64,000 nucleotides of DNA, taken from positions 179,948-243,947 of the forward strand of contig NW_019217855.1 in assembly GCF_002571385.2 (NCBI RefSeq). Direction: 5' to 3'. Origin of the DNA: Stylophora pistillata. Lineage: Eukaryota. The notes beneath the pieces are model-generated. The model saw nothing but the letters and a program-made list of their open reading frames with translations, was not told the DNA's origin and ran no database searches. The position numbers and the translations under genes were made by a program. Shown piece after piece: positions 37,898-51,600 of this stretch (positions are counted from its first letter, which is position 1; each line of letters opens with the position of its first letter).

Positions 37898-39720
37898 ATA
37901 CTTTTTAATTTGCAGAGATAATTAAAATGAATAATCTGCTGTAATGATTAAATGAAAGTGACTGCTTGCAGGCAGCAAAGGGACCTGAAATTAGGGAATG
38001 GCATTGATATTTAAGACTTGATACAATGGATGAAAATACTTAATGGAAAACTGACCAATTTGAAATGAGATTGGCCGATATTTATAAGAATCGGAACAGA
38101 GTTTATGAAACGTCAATTTTAATCTTTTATCAGGAAGATGACTTCACGTGTTTTTGATTTTACAAAAACTCAGTAAGTAGATGATAATTGTTTCAGGAAG
38201 TGATGTTATACTGGACATCTTTGTAACCACAGATCAGTGAAGCTGACCTAAAACTCGACTCTCCTAAATGACCGATTCAAATTATGCGATGACAGCGAGG
38301 AGAGGCTAATGCCGAAGTAAATTAACTGTGTATTACAAATGATGGATTTTAGTGAGATGGTTTTGATATTCCGATTAAAAGTTGTACAGCATCGGTTCGC
38401 GAAGGGGTAATTACTTTAAAACCGGGTTCTTGCCTCCATACCCTCTCAAGTACTTTCTAAGTTAGGTTATGTTATCTCGTCGTGCCGTCAGCTTTTCCCC
38501 AGTTTTTTCACAAAACAGAAGCAGACTGTACGCGAAAATTTTTGACAGTTCAACTGCTAGGCCTTTCCACAAATATCACGTGAAATCGTGTTAATATCCA
38601 GAAAATTATCAAGAAACAAAATCCAAAACATTTTTTCTAATTTTTTTTCGCAAAATGCCATCTTTTTTTTTCGATTTGAAAAGTTGCTAGCACTAAGTGA
38701 TAAGGAATGTGTTATTCTCGTGGAAGACATCTAAAATTTTTTTTTTTTTCTGACTACTGTTTCATGAAACTAGCGAGGAAAACACAAAGCTCAGCCAAGT
38801 AACTACATCCTTGTATAAAGATATCCCTTAAATTTCAAGATACTGTTCTATTTCTCATCAGATCCAGGAAATTCCTAGACAATGCAAACGAAATCTGCAA
38901 ATTTTTAGAAAGACTTATTACTTACTAAAACAAAATTCCCTGGAAGCCCACTTACCTCATCTATGGCATTACATTCCCGTTAGGAAAGTTGCAATTTAGG
39001 CAATTGACAAATTGAAGTGAGGTGCATATTTTATCAAGGTGGTAACTGGTAAGGCAACCTTCACTAAAACTTTCGTTTAAGTAACCTCGATATTTGGAAT
39101 AAAACCATCCCTAGAAGCGATATCAAGTAATCATGTGAAGCTTTCAAAGTAGCAATTAATAGCTTGCAGGCGTTATGAAGACAATTACAGTCACACTCCA
39201 TTCACCAAACCACCTTCTTTGCCTTAAAACGGTTGAGCGGGCACAAACCCCAAGGTCACAAGTCATGTTTAATTCAAAATACCTGGTTTAAAAACTGGCA
39301 GGAAAGTAATGAGATTTGACGGAGAAAATCCAATTACGAATGAGATCTTCCATTTCAATTGCTTAATTGACTACAAGAGAGTGGCTGTCGAGAGGTGAAG
39401 AGTTGGGTTTTGACAAACTACCCCTCTCGAATATTCATCGTAAGTAAATCATAATTATTTGTTTCATTTTATTTTCGTGCCTGTTTTTATTTTTTGTTTT
39501 GTATTTGAGATGAAATTGCGTTTTATTTTACAAACTTAACTTGAAACTAAACAAAACGACCTCGTTGCTTAAATAGTTTGCACTAAAGAATTGTATTTTT
39601 AAACTTTGTGAGGCAGTCTCGTTGTTTCACTCCATTACTTTTCTTCCTAGGCCACAAAAGCCACTAATACAGTTCACCGATTCTCCGTGGAAACAGCCCA
39701 ACGATTACCTTCCATGCGAG

Positions 39721-42700
39721 ATGCTTTTATTTGTTTTGTCCCTCGCTTTCTGCCTGGAGGTAACCAATCCGAAACCGTGGCAGACTGCTGTTAATGAAAA
39801 CGGTAAATAACCTAATTTGTTTAGGGCAATTGATTTAACGTAATGAATTCTTTGTTCACCGTATTTATCCAGGCCGGCATGTGGTACCAGTTCTTTTAAC
39901 CTTCTAAGGAAATTGAAAGGTAAAAAACCGCTTCCTGAAACTTTTTTTTTTCGAAGGAGCCCGCTTGAGTGAAGTTAAGGGTCTAATGGTCTATTTTCTC
40001 TTATTTGGCGATTTCTTCACGCTTCAAATAACTTTGTTATTCCGTTATGGTAGCTGTGACACAAAGAGGTTATTGTGGGCCTGGTGGTTCTCATGTTTTG
40101 AACGTAACATCTTCAGCTTGAGTTTATAGATTGGTAGATTTATAAAATGTGACAACTTTGGATCTTGAAGTTATGTAAGTGTTAAGGGTAAGTTAGTGGG
40201 AAGTTTACGAGAAAACCGCCATTTGTTTTTTTCACTAATTCTCCTAAGGCCGGCTACTTTGTTTGGCTCTGGAGCACATGCGCTCATGGTTAGCCATTTG
40301 CGTGCACTTTTATGCGTAGAGCTGGACGCGTAGTGAGATGTCAGTGAATCATCTAAAACAATACATGAAGACTATTTATAGATAATCCATTTTAGCCGAT
40401 TGACTCTTGTTCGCATGCGCACTACCCTATTCAATGAATGCCCTCACAACAACCACTGACTCTAATTGAAAAGAGCGCAACTCTTGTTCACATGTGCGCG
40501 ACCTTTTGTTCGCACGAGTGCAAACTTTGTTCGCACGTGTGCAACCTTTGTTCACACATGTGCGAGCTTTGTTTGCACGTGTGAGATCTTTCCCAAGACG
40601 CGTACATCCTTCTTTCATGCATGGCTAAGGATTTCACCGTGACAAATTTTTTCCATTTTAATCTTTATTTTAGATAACCCTTCTGGCCTCAAACACAACA
40701 CGATTTTAGATCGGATCGAAGAAGCTAACGAAGGTAAGACCGTGTTTCTCTGACCTAAGCTCTGGTGTAAACAAAATATTTTACAGAACTTAAACTGTGC
40801 TGTTTTTATTAAAATCAAATTATGCATTGTTATATTTGCATCGTTATATATTACATTATATCTGTCGTTTTGGGAAGAGTCACCTCAGTTTGTGCGTGTC
40901 CTTTACTCGTTTAAACTTGGGCACAACTGTGAGTCATGACGTCAACGCGCCAAACACTCATTCACAGATTAGAAAGAGGCAAGATGGGACGCATAGTGAA
41001 TGGGCTGTCTGTCTGGACTGTGAAATATGATTGAGTTCGCTGTGCATTAAAAAAGCTAATTGGGTAGTGTGCCTGCTAACAGAATCCAGGTTTCAACTCG
41101 CGAACGCCTTAAAATTTATTAACATTACGGTTGATCGTGGTTGCTATAAAGAACAAAATAATTACAAGTTAATACAAAATACAAGTAGAAAGAATAGAAA
41201 AACGCAAAACAACAGAAGAAATTCAATCGGACGAGGAAAGACACTTACAGACGTTGTATGACTTGTGAACGCAAAGGACGGAAAAACTTAGAGAGATGAA
41301 CGCAGTGAAAGAAACGATGTTGAATCCTAACGGATTCTGATACCCCAATGTTCAATTTTACCAAAAAACTTATACAAATGAAAAATTATGCGAAAAAATC
41401 TAACAGAATACAAATCACCGTGAATGAAAAGAATGCGAAAACAATGGGAAAAATGTGTGTGCAAAAACGCAAAATGTAATGAGAAACGTAAAAAAAAAAA
41501 CAGAAGAAACAATTGCTAAGCGGGAATACCGCAGTAACAAGTAGGGTTACGTGGTGGGAATATCATTTTGCTGTGCTACTCAACGGTTTTGAACAATTTT
41601 TTTAAAATAATAAATCTTAATAAATAATAAATAATAATAAATAATAACAATAAATAATAATAATAATAAATAATAATAATAATAAATCTTTTTCCACACC
41701 CACCCAGAGGATCACGCCGATAAGAAAGTCAAAAACATTTTCGAGGCTGACATACAGCTGACTAAGAGTGACAGAGCGGGCGTGGACACCAAGGATGAGA
41801 ACTCGAAAGATAACGCAGATATTGATGTGGACAGCGTGGTTACCAAGCGAAAGGCCATCAGCTCCCGGCGAAGTCTATGGGTGACGAAGGAGGTACCTCT
41901 TGAGCTAGCGGCAGCCGCAAGTAAGATATAGCGAGGTGTCCTTATTTATGGCCTAATAATAACGGGGTCGAACAACGTCAAATAAAAATGATGGGTAGCC
42001 AATGAAAGTAACAACAGCAAATTTATAACGTTTTTACTCCCCTTACGAATACGCTCTGACTAAGGGCAAAATCTAAATGTCAGCTGTGGAATCTCTCCAA
42101 AGGGTCTTCCCGGGGGTGGCGGCTTTTGCGGCTAACTGTTGAGATTTTGGCCATTTTACGGCTAATGGTAAATTTCTTCGCGTTTTTTTTTAATAGAAAA
42201 AAATTTTACGATTATTTATTTTTTTTAAAGACTAACGGTTGAAATTTGTCATTCATTTAGTCTAACGGCTAAATCTTTTGCCCTTTTACGGCTAATGGTT
42301 ATTGAGAGCCTCTCTCTGCGGTGGCCGGTTTGAATTATGAATTCAGTTAATAAAACCAAATTATCTTCATCTCAATTATCTATTCTCCTTTTGACATTTA
42401 ACTGTTTATATGGTCTAGCCACTAACTATTTGACTGATTTAATTAGCATTAAAAAGCGATCCAGGTACTCTCTTAGGTCAAACGAGTCTTTCTTACTCGA
42501 ATTACCAAGCACCAGGACCCGTCCAACCCTTGGTGACCGTGCCTTCCAATCAGCTGCACCTCATCTTTGGAATGCATTACCTTCCACAATTCGTAACATA
42601 AAGACATTGGACACTTTCAAGACTGCTATCAAAACTAATTTTTTTTAATCTAGCTTTCAAATAGATTTTTATTTTTACTCATGTTTCTTATTCACTTAGC

Positions 42701-45569
42701 TAGGCTATTGTTGTCTTTGAGTGCATAGACTCGTAGGTTCCAATGGGTTCTTATATCTTAGTTACTTTTGCCATAATTTTATCTTACGATATTGGGAAGC
42801 GCGACTGAATACATTCATATAGAGGTCTGCGCTATGTAAATGTAAATTATTATTATTATTATTATTCATCGTTATACCCCCAAACGCAGTTTTACCTCCT
42901 TTAATCAACAAGTAGATAGTTTCAAATGGGGAACAATATCTCAGAGATGGAGGGCATTAGCGAGTAGAATTTTGATTTAGATGTTGGAAGGAAAGGATCA
43001 ACACGCAGGGGCAAATGCTAGCCTGAAAGCGATAATGAAATTCGTTAAAAAAATTACAAACACAAACTACATCCGTTTTTTTTTCTTATCCCAAATAGAG
43101 GATGGTTATAAAAATATTTTGGCGGCCTTATCTGAGATTCAGTCAAAATCTTGCATTCGATTCCGGATGAGAGAGAAAGCTGACGATAACTGGATCCTTT
43201 TTGTTAATAAAAGTGGGTAAGTAGACCATCAAAGAATATTACGTAAGAGACTCAGTCCTATATTAATCTGATCCATAGCAAGAAATTTATAGTACTATGA
43301 ATAATTGAGGAGTCTAGGATGCAACGTCTGGGTAAACGAAAATTCATTTGTCCGAAGAATTTTGCCAGTAGCTCAATGCATTTACCGTTGTTGGCAGTTT
43401 AAAATCTCCCATAAAGCATGACATGCCTATGAATGAAGTCTTTCGTTTATATAGTAAAAAAAACGCGACTGAATTGTCGTTCTCGTTGTCGTCGTAGTTT
43501 CTTTCCTAAAAGAGAAGTATAGAAGTCCTTTCCTCTATCTCTATCCTTAAGAAGTCTCCCTGTTCAAAGATTGTTATGTCAGTTTAGGACTTGTGGACTT
43601 TCCTATGGAAAGCGTGTCGTATTTGTCCAAGTATACTGCACAGAAAAACTCGTTAAGAGAGCATCTGTTAAGGAAACTCGCTGGTTTTTATGTTGTTTGC
43701 GTTGTTTTGAGCCAAAACATTTAGCTGAATATCGCTTGCATGCACTCTGTCAGTTGCTATTCACCAGTTGGTCGTCAATATGCCTCCCCCGGAGCGCAGG
43801 AGCTGTCAATCGGTATAGGGTGTAACAGTAAGGGAATTATTATGCACGAGATGCTGCACGCGCTTGGTTTCTGGCACGAACAGTCCAGGTCAGACAGAGA
43901 TGACTATCTTGAGGTGCTCTGGGAAAACATTATGAAGGGTATGTAGGCTAAAAGTTTTACCTTACAAGACCACATCAATGCTAAGAAGAGAAATCACGAG
44001 GAAAAAGCTATGGACAAGGAGTTACATGTACTCTTTGAAGAAACACAAAATTCTCAGAGCTAAAACTTGCATCAAATGTGTTGCAGACAATACGAAAACT
44101 TGCAATTGATAGGATAATACTGATATTAATAGCAACTATAATGATATTAATAACAATACCAAAGATTTATACAAACTGGTAGGAGCATAGACCCCTAGGT
44201 GCTAGAGGGATGCTGGAAAATCTTGTCAACGCCCTTGCAAAGGGACGAGACGACGAAGAAGAAAAAGAGAAAATTCCCTTTTTATAGTTAATTTTTTTTT
44301 AGGGCAACAACATAATTTTAACCGCTACAAACCAAAGAACGAGGATTCCTTTGGTGGCTCTTACGACTTCTCAAGTATTATGCATTATGGAAACTATGCG
44401 TTTTCTAAGAACGAGAAGCCAACCATGTTGTCTGTAAAGGACCCAACGCTGCAGTTTGGTCAAATCGCCGAGCTGAGCCCAACAGATGTTATACAACTTA
44501 ACTACATGTACGACTGTAAATGTGAGTAACTAAAAGAAAAATGAAGTGATGTAACGTTCCATGGGAAATCACAAGTACAATTAATTGTACTTGTGGTTGG
44601 CAATATTGCCAACCAAAATTGTACGAAACGAAGTTCAATTACCACTCATCGCATCGATTTTGAAATAGCAAAATTTAATCACCCAAATACGGGATGTCAG
44701 TCAATACAAAATGTTTTAAAAGTTGCACTGTCTTACCCTATTAGGGTTGGGAAATAGGTGCGATTTTGAGAAAAATATAGTGCAATTCGGGATTAAATCG
44801 CACCACTGAGAAACAATCAGATTGCAAGGATCATTAAGGTTTAATTACCCCAGATTACAAATGACAATATGGACGAAATCAAAGCTTGATTTATATAAAG
44901 TATTTCAAAATGTTCGATACGTAACGTAGATACTTTAAACGACTTATTGGATGGCACAAGTACTTTCTTGGTACACGTCTTTTGAGGATCAGTTTTTGAG
45001 AATAAAGATTGAAGCTCCAAGGACTTCACGAACTGTTTTTGAATGTTTTTAGTATAACCTGACGTGGTTTTTCTTTCTGCAAGCTGACAAAAGTCGTGGT
45101 TGGAGTAACTGGGGTAATTGGAGTCCCTGTGACACGAACTGCTCAAAGGAGAGAGAAAGATTCTGCGCAGCAAAGGATTTGAAAAAGTGTCCAGGAGCAA
45201 CAAAAAGATATAGAATTCAAGTGCAAAAGGCAAAGTGCCCAATCAAGGAATGCTACGGTGAGTTTTAAAGCCTTCATTGAAATGAGACTTCACAACAGTC
45301 TTTGAAGGAAGACGTTTTTAGAGCCGAGTAGAGTCCATGGATTTCAATGTTTAATTCTTTTTGATGGCCTGCTTCCATCCAATGTAGTTCCAGTCGAAGG
45401 CCACTGGGGCAGATGGGGTCCTTGGGGCCAATGCTCTCGTACATGTGGCCAGGGCTACAAGAAAAGGTCCCGGGAATGCGATGACCCGAAACCTATGTAT
45501 GGTGGAAAGTTTTGCAAAGGAAGTCTTGTCGAAATCATTCCCTGTCAGTTAAAGATGACCTGTAAGTGA
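39721..45569 (+). CDS. Secreted astacin (M12A) zinc metalloproteinase with 2 TSP1 domains, paralog 1
   Basis: Exons 39721-39802, 40674-40733, 41708-41920, 43099-43216, 43754-43938, 44303-44521, 45084-45257, 45388-45569. Signal peptide, prodomain FEADI motif, KR/KA activation site, [19 protein letters not shown], Met-turn SIMHY, TSP1 motifs WSNWGNWSPC and WGRWGPWGQCSRTCG. Confidence 0.92.
40404..40590. repeat. Minisatellite, ~21-bp unit (CTTTGTTCGCACGTGTGCAA-like)
   Basis: About 6 diverged tandem units. Confidence 0.7.
41606..41686. repeat. (AAT)n-like microsatellite
   Basis: Seen directly in the sequence. Confidence 0.9.
42372..42866 (+). mobile_element. LINE (L2-type) 3' end with (ATT)n tail
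   Basis: Peptide SILLLTFNCLYGLATNYL...LGDRAFQSAAPHLWNALPSTIR..FKTAIKT, followed by a 3' UTR and an ATT-repeat tail. Confidence 0.8.
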
Positions 45570-48500
45570 AAATTCCCTAAATATTAAGGTTACTTTACAG
45601 TTGAGTGTCGATTTCGATCTTTTGCCTTTCTTCGTTTTGGCTACTCGCCTTTGTTCTGAGCTCTCATTGAATACTTTGGAGGATTCTCTTTTATTTCCTC
45701 CATGGCCTTCGGGATTAATTAGTTTTGGTTTGCGACTCTCGATCGAAAATTTCTTCAAAGTTCTCCAACTAAGTTCAACTTTGTTTTAACCAAAGACAGC
45801 TTCCTTCGAAGTCAAATGAATGATAGCGTTAATCCATATAAGTCAAGTAAGAGCCCCAAGCGTTTAAGTAATGTTTTATAGATACACCCTGGCGTGGAAG
45901 ACCCAAAAATGTACAATTCAGGCTGTAAATATTACGTATAGTAGTTTAAGAATTACTTTTAACGTGTTTAGTACCCTTAGCCATAAGACAGGTGGGAGGG
46001 CGGGAGGATGGATGCAACGAATGTGCTGACGAACGTACGAACGCCGGAAAGACGGACGTACAGAATTACTTAATCTGTCGTCCCCTAATCTAGCAAAAGA
46101 CGATCAGCCCAAGAGATTGCATCCGCTATAGAGGCCATATACCACTCGTTTTCATTCCCATGTTAGTTTTTAAATCACTTCCGTTTAAGGAGATAACGGG
46201 ATAGAGGATTTTTCTCGGGGGAGAGGTCACAGCTACTTGGAGGGGGGGAGGGGGAGAGGTCGCAGCTACATGTTAGCCAGATTTTATGTGGTCTGTTACT
46301 GCAAATGAAAAAAAGGATGGAAAACCGCTATTGGTTTTTAGTTATTCTAGATTCCGCCAATCTGTTACTGATGTTGACGATTATTTTTTAGGTGGATGGT
46401 AACCGCTTAATTTCAAGAAAAGAAACGACCACTCGGCTGCAAAGGAAAAACCTACCATTACAGTTAACGTGGTTAAGTAAAGAGTGTTATCTCTCCTACC
46501 CATCAGATATTGTATTTACGCAAAGAACACATTTTTTCGGGCTCTATAACGCGATAAAGCCACGCAGAATGTTGCGAAAACACGAGGAAAGCTTGTAAAT
46601 TACGAGCCGCCGGCGAAGGGGGTGGGGGAGAGGGGTTGGGGAAACAGAGAGACCCTGAGAAGGAGTTTGACACACTTGTTATAGAGAATTGCATTTAACA
46701 GTCTCATAACCATAGTCATATCTCATTGGCTGCGACAGGGGGGTAGGAAGCTGTTCTCGGTTTCAATTTCGGTAGCTTAGAATTTACTCTTTCCTGGCAT
46801 GTTTGTTACCAAAGGGGTGAAATGTCTAAACAGCTCGCTAAACAGACCTAGATTCCTATACCCCGTAGATACCCTACCAAGATGGCAACGAGTATTATTG
46901 CAAAGGGTAGACTCCAAGTTTTAAATGATAGCAAGGACAGTTTGTTGCACGGCAGTGCAGTCAACCACCACAATAAAGTCCACTTGTCAAGACTATGTAA
47001 AGTAGTATATATAGTACAACAAAGCTGAATGATTTAAGCTGGCATTTTTTCAAGTTGGACAAACCGCGATATGGCTGCTTTAAGATAAAGAACTCAACGA
47101 AGCGTATATACTTTCTTTTTTCTGTTTCTTCTTACTGTAACTAATGTCTTTTAAACTAATTAAATATTTTTAAATTATTTTAAGTAAACATTCATGGAAA
47201 ATATATTTGTACTTTCTGTCGCTGATTTGTGGTGTGGAATATTTTTTTTGTATCATGATTTTGGAAACCTACCCTACTTGTGGCAAGTCCTGACCTCCTA
47301 ACCCCTGTTGTTTGACAGAGCGGAACACTTTACTTTTCACTTAAGGGAGCGAATCTCTCCGTTTTTGGGGGTCCTTCCAGTTGTTAATTGGAAAGACGTC
47401 TTTAGTAATCATTTTCAAGGGTGGAGAAACTCCTAAAAGGCAGGAATGTGCCACAGGGGAACAAATATGGCTGAAGATGGAGAATTCGAAACATCAGATG
47501 CAATAGATGGCAAACTATCACTTGGGCTCCACTAAACCTTGTTAAGAAGTTATGATGAAGGTGTTTGAAAAAAAATGGTTTTTGCATGAGTCCAACATGC
47601 ACATGACGCCCATGGGGTGCTATCTTTTCCACCCATGCGAGAAACAGTATGCGTCGGTTCAGTTTTTGAAATGATTCAGCCATTTTCTTTGTTAGCGTTT
47701 TGGGGAAATGTATGTTTCGAACAGTGTCCATAGTTTCCTACCAGCTAATAACGGCTTCCAAGTCGTTAAATATCATTGAATAGCGAAAAGCACCCGCAGG
47801 CACCTGTTATGAAACAAGTACGCTCGAGTAGCGAGATTCAAGAAATATCTTTTACCACTTTGCAAATTACTTCAAGCGTTACCCGATAGCAAAAAAGAAC
47901 ACTAACGTAGGAAATTGCCTCTCGGATTTCAAAGGTAGGTAGAGCTTTGATACCATTTTAATTTATTTATTCCATGAATGCGTCCTGGTTACTTTTGCCA
48001 TTGCCCTAAGTGCGAAAGCTATCGCCGTCTGTGAAAGATATAGCCATGTTTACCCGAACGTGAATTGCAACAATAAACATTCACAATCGAATAATATCAA
48101 TGAAATACCACTTAGCCAATGATAGCGTGATATTTTACGATATTTACCTTTTGCAAAGTATAAGTAACCATTAGAAGTGATCGAACTATGAACTGAATGC
48201 TTGCTTAGTAAATGATAACTTGACAAATGACTAGTTTACTGAGAGCATATTTGGTAGATAAACAGCATCTTTTGTTCATTTTCCTATTTTCCTGTTGCCG
48301 CTATTTCTTTCCTTTTTTTCTTCTATTTCTTTTGCTTTGCACCTCATAATTCTGTAGTTATTCTTCGGGAAACTTCTCTGACCAAAAAGAGCCCTTTGAT
48401 TACCCCTCGCAGACCTGATGTGCACCTGTCACGACTAATTATCTTCTTAATTTTTTTTTCCTTCAGCGTGGATATGGTTATTTTGACACCTACCACCATT

Positions 48501-48679
48501 TTGCACTGTTGAAGGATTACAGAGATTCTCCCCAAATGTAGGCCGGCACCTACAGATAGCAACACGTCGATCGTGAACTGAAAACGATGATCTGAAGAAG
48601 AAGGACCTCTCCTGACCTCATTTAAATTTGTGTTTTAAAAGATTTATCAAGTTTTATTCCCCTTAATTGACTAACCAAG

Positions 48680-51600
48680 ATGTTGCTACTAACATTTTCC
48701 CTTGGAATTGCTCTTTGCGTTTCGCATCCTCTTCATGGTGAGTTATTTCTTTTCAATAAATTACAGGCATTGCTTCAGAGTTTAATATGCCGTCATGTTT
48801 TCACAATTGTCACTGAATCTTGGCTTGGCATGACAGGTAAACCGAGTCGCCACCCCCCCGTTTTCGACGGAACGGACCAAACAGTTCCACAAAATCTAAC
48901 AGATTCCTCCGTGATTAATAAAATCGAGGAGATTAACGAAGGTACGGTTTTTGGGAATAAAATAGTTCGTAACGTCATCACAATCCCTCATTCATATTAG
49001 TAAAGCGTAGCTCAACTCAGTATCGCCAATCCAGAACCAAAATAATCACGACAACCAATCACGGCAAAGTAAACTAACGCAAGGAACCAATAAGGAAACA
49101 GCTTGACACGCGGGATAACGCCAGCGAGCAGCGCTCATGATTTGTTGTGATTTTGCATCTGATTGGTCGAGAGAGTCGCACGAGTTTTCTGGACCAATCA
49201 CAAAGCGTGTTAAAGCAAATCCGATGCCACCCGGATTACTCTCCACTCTCCATTGATTATTGCTTTTATTATGCAACTAAGAGACTTTGTTGTAAGAAGC
49301 ACACAGCTAATCAGTGACCTGACATTTTGTATTTTGTGTTTCTTCTCTTGCAGAAGAAAATAAGAATCTCTTCGAAACCGACATCAAACTCACTAAAGGT
49401 GACTACGACCAGATAGATACTAGTGAAACTGGAAATGCTAAGGGTGCACAGGTTGAAGTCGAGAATATCGAGGAAAATGCAGAAAAAAGGAAAGCTGTGC
49501 GCTCGCGTAGAAAGATCTGGCCGTCCAGGATAATTCCAGTGACGGCCACAGTTGACCTGGGTGAGTGACATTTGAGATGTCAGATTTTGACCCAAATAAA
49601 GCGTCTTCTATAATCAAAGTAACCAATCAGATTCGTACAATTTTATACTGATAGTGACAAAGCTTTCGGTTTAACGTCTGTATCTGAGCAATTGTGCACC
49701 CCCCCTCCCCTAACTCAACATTAACCCTGACTTGCTATTTGTTGACTGTTGTTTGATTAGGGGAGGGGTAGGTCCGCAGTGCTCAAATACCGAAACCGAT
49801 CCAAGTTATTTATTAACAGTCTTGTAAACGCGCATCGTTTTCTCCTTTTAATAAGCTGATGCACGAGATAATATTCGAGCTGCCATTAAAGCCATACAAG
49901 ATGTGTCTTGCGTGCGCTTCAAAGATAAGGAGGACGGAGATAAACACTGGATCAGGATGGTAAAAAAAAATGGGTGAGCGAAAAGAAATTAATTTCCTTA
50001 GTAGCTCTCAGTAATGAAGGAAACAAACCTCTGATGGTATGTCTCTCCACGGGAGATGGTGTCTCTCTCAGAGGTATAAATACAAAACGAGAAACATTAT
50101 TTACAGAATCCCTAGAGTTCTTAGGATTTCTAGTAGACCCTAGAGGACCATTCTTAAATCTTAAAATGAGTTAGGAATGATAACCCTTAGGGCAAAGCTT
50201 TCTATGCTTTCGGGATTCAGTCTTTCAGCGTAATCATTCGGTTATGTTCAAGTTCAGGAGAGAACAAGAGGTAGCTACGATAGATTTGCATTCTAGCATC
50301 AATGGCTCGATTAACCTGTGTTAGATATAGATATAGACGTTTATTAAGAAAAATATCTTAATAACAGCTGAAAGCTGAATTGCAAAGGTGTACAAATTAT
50401 GTAATAGAACTATATAATAAAATCAAACCTAAAAGGGAACTAATTTACAAATACAATTGTGATACGATGAATATATGAAGTTCATATATTTTGAACTGCG
50501 GTTTTATTGCATAAATAGCACTCTCTACTGCGAGGATCGTGCATAATACGCATATACAATTGTAATAAATGTTAGTTAAAATGTCTTGCACTTGCTGGAA
50601 TGAAAGTATCTCTGAACCGATTTGTTTTAAAGGAACTCTAAATTAATGGTATGCGTCGTGGTAACTCCATAAGTTGATCTCGGTTATCGAAAGGCAGTAA
50701 GTGGCACAAAAAATCCAAGGGAATGGAGACGATGTTGTTAAAGAATTTTAAGCAAAGGTCTTCTCTACGATCCCTTAGGGTTTTCAGCTCTGCCATCTGA
50801 AGCACTTCTCTATAATGATTATCATAACCGTATATAATTTTCAAGGGCCTCTTTTGGACACGCTCTAAACCATTGGGCTCAGTATTAAAAGGTCGGGTCT
50901 GATTCCTGGGAGATTATTTTTGTTCTTTCCTTGGGCAAGACACTTCTTCTAACTGAGCGTCTCTCCAACTGAGGAGTAAAAGTGAAACGATATGTCAGGG
51001 AAACTTTGCAAAATGTTGGGGGCAACCTGCGGTGGACTAACACCTCATCCCGGGCTAAGAGCAGTAACACCGGGATAAGTCCGGCTGGATACGCCACTTG
51101 CCTCTCCAGCAGACTCTATCTTTTACCTATAACTAACGTTCAAGGCTAAAATCTACCATGTAAAGAAAACCCAGAATCACCTCTTTTACTAAAATTCATT
51201 CTGTGGTGTCTTTATAGATGTTATTCCGTTGTCGGCCGTGAGTATAATGTGTCTGGTGCACAGGAGCTCTCCATTGGAGATGGGTGTAACAGTAAGGGTA
51301 TCATACTCCACGAGCTCATGCATGCCCTCGGGTTCTGGCACGAGCAATCCCGCACAGATCGAGACAAATATGTAGCAGTACTGTGGGAAAATATTCAAAA
51401 AGGTGAGAAAAAAAGATTGATCTATTCAGTGAGTATTCTGCTTTCCTCTCTAATAAACTGGGTTTCTACTCATGTGACATTTTACAGCCATCTGTTATTT
51501 ATTTATTAATGTTCTTGAACGGACAGCAACATGGAATTTATTTGTTAAAACGGAAACGTGCATTAAATTTGGAATACCGTTTTTTCTTGAATAAGCGCTC

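Noticed and set aside
40404-40590. CRISPR-like array
   Set aside because: Eukaryotic minisatellite with no unique spacers and no cas genes.
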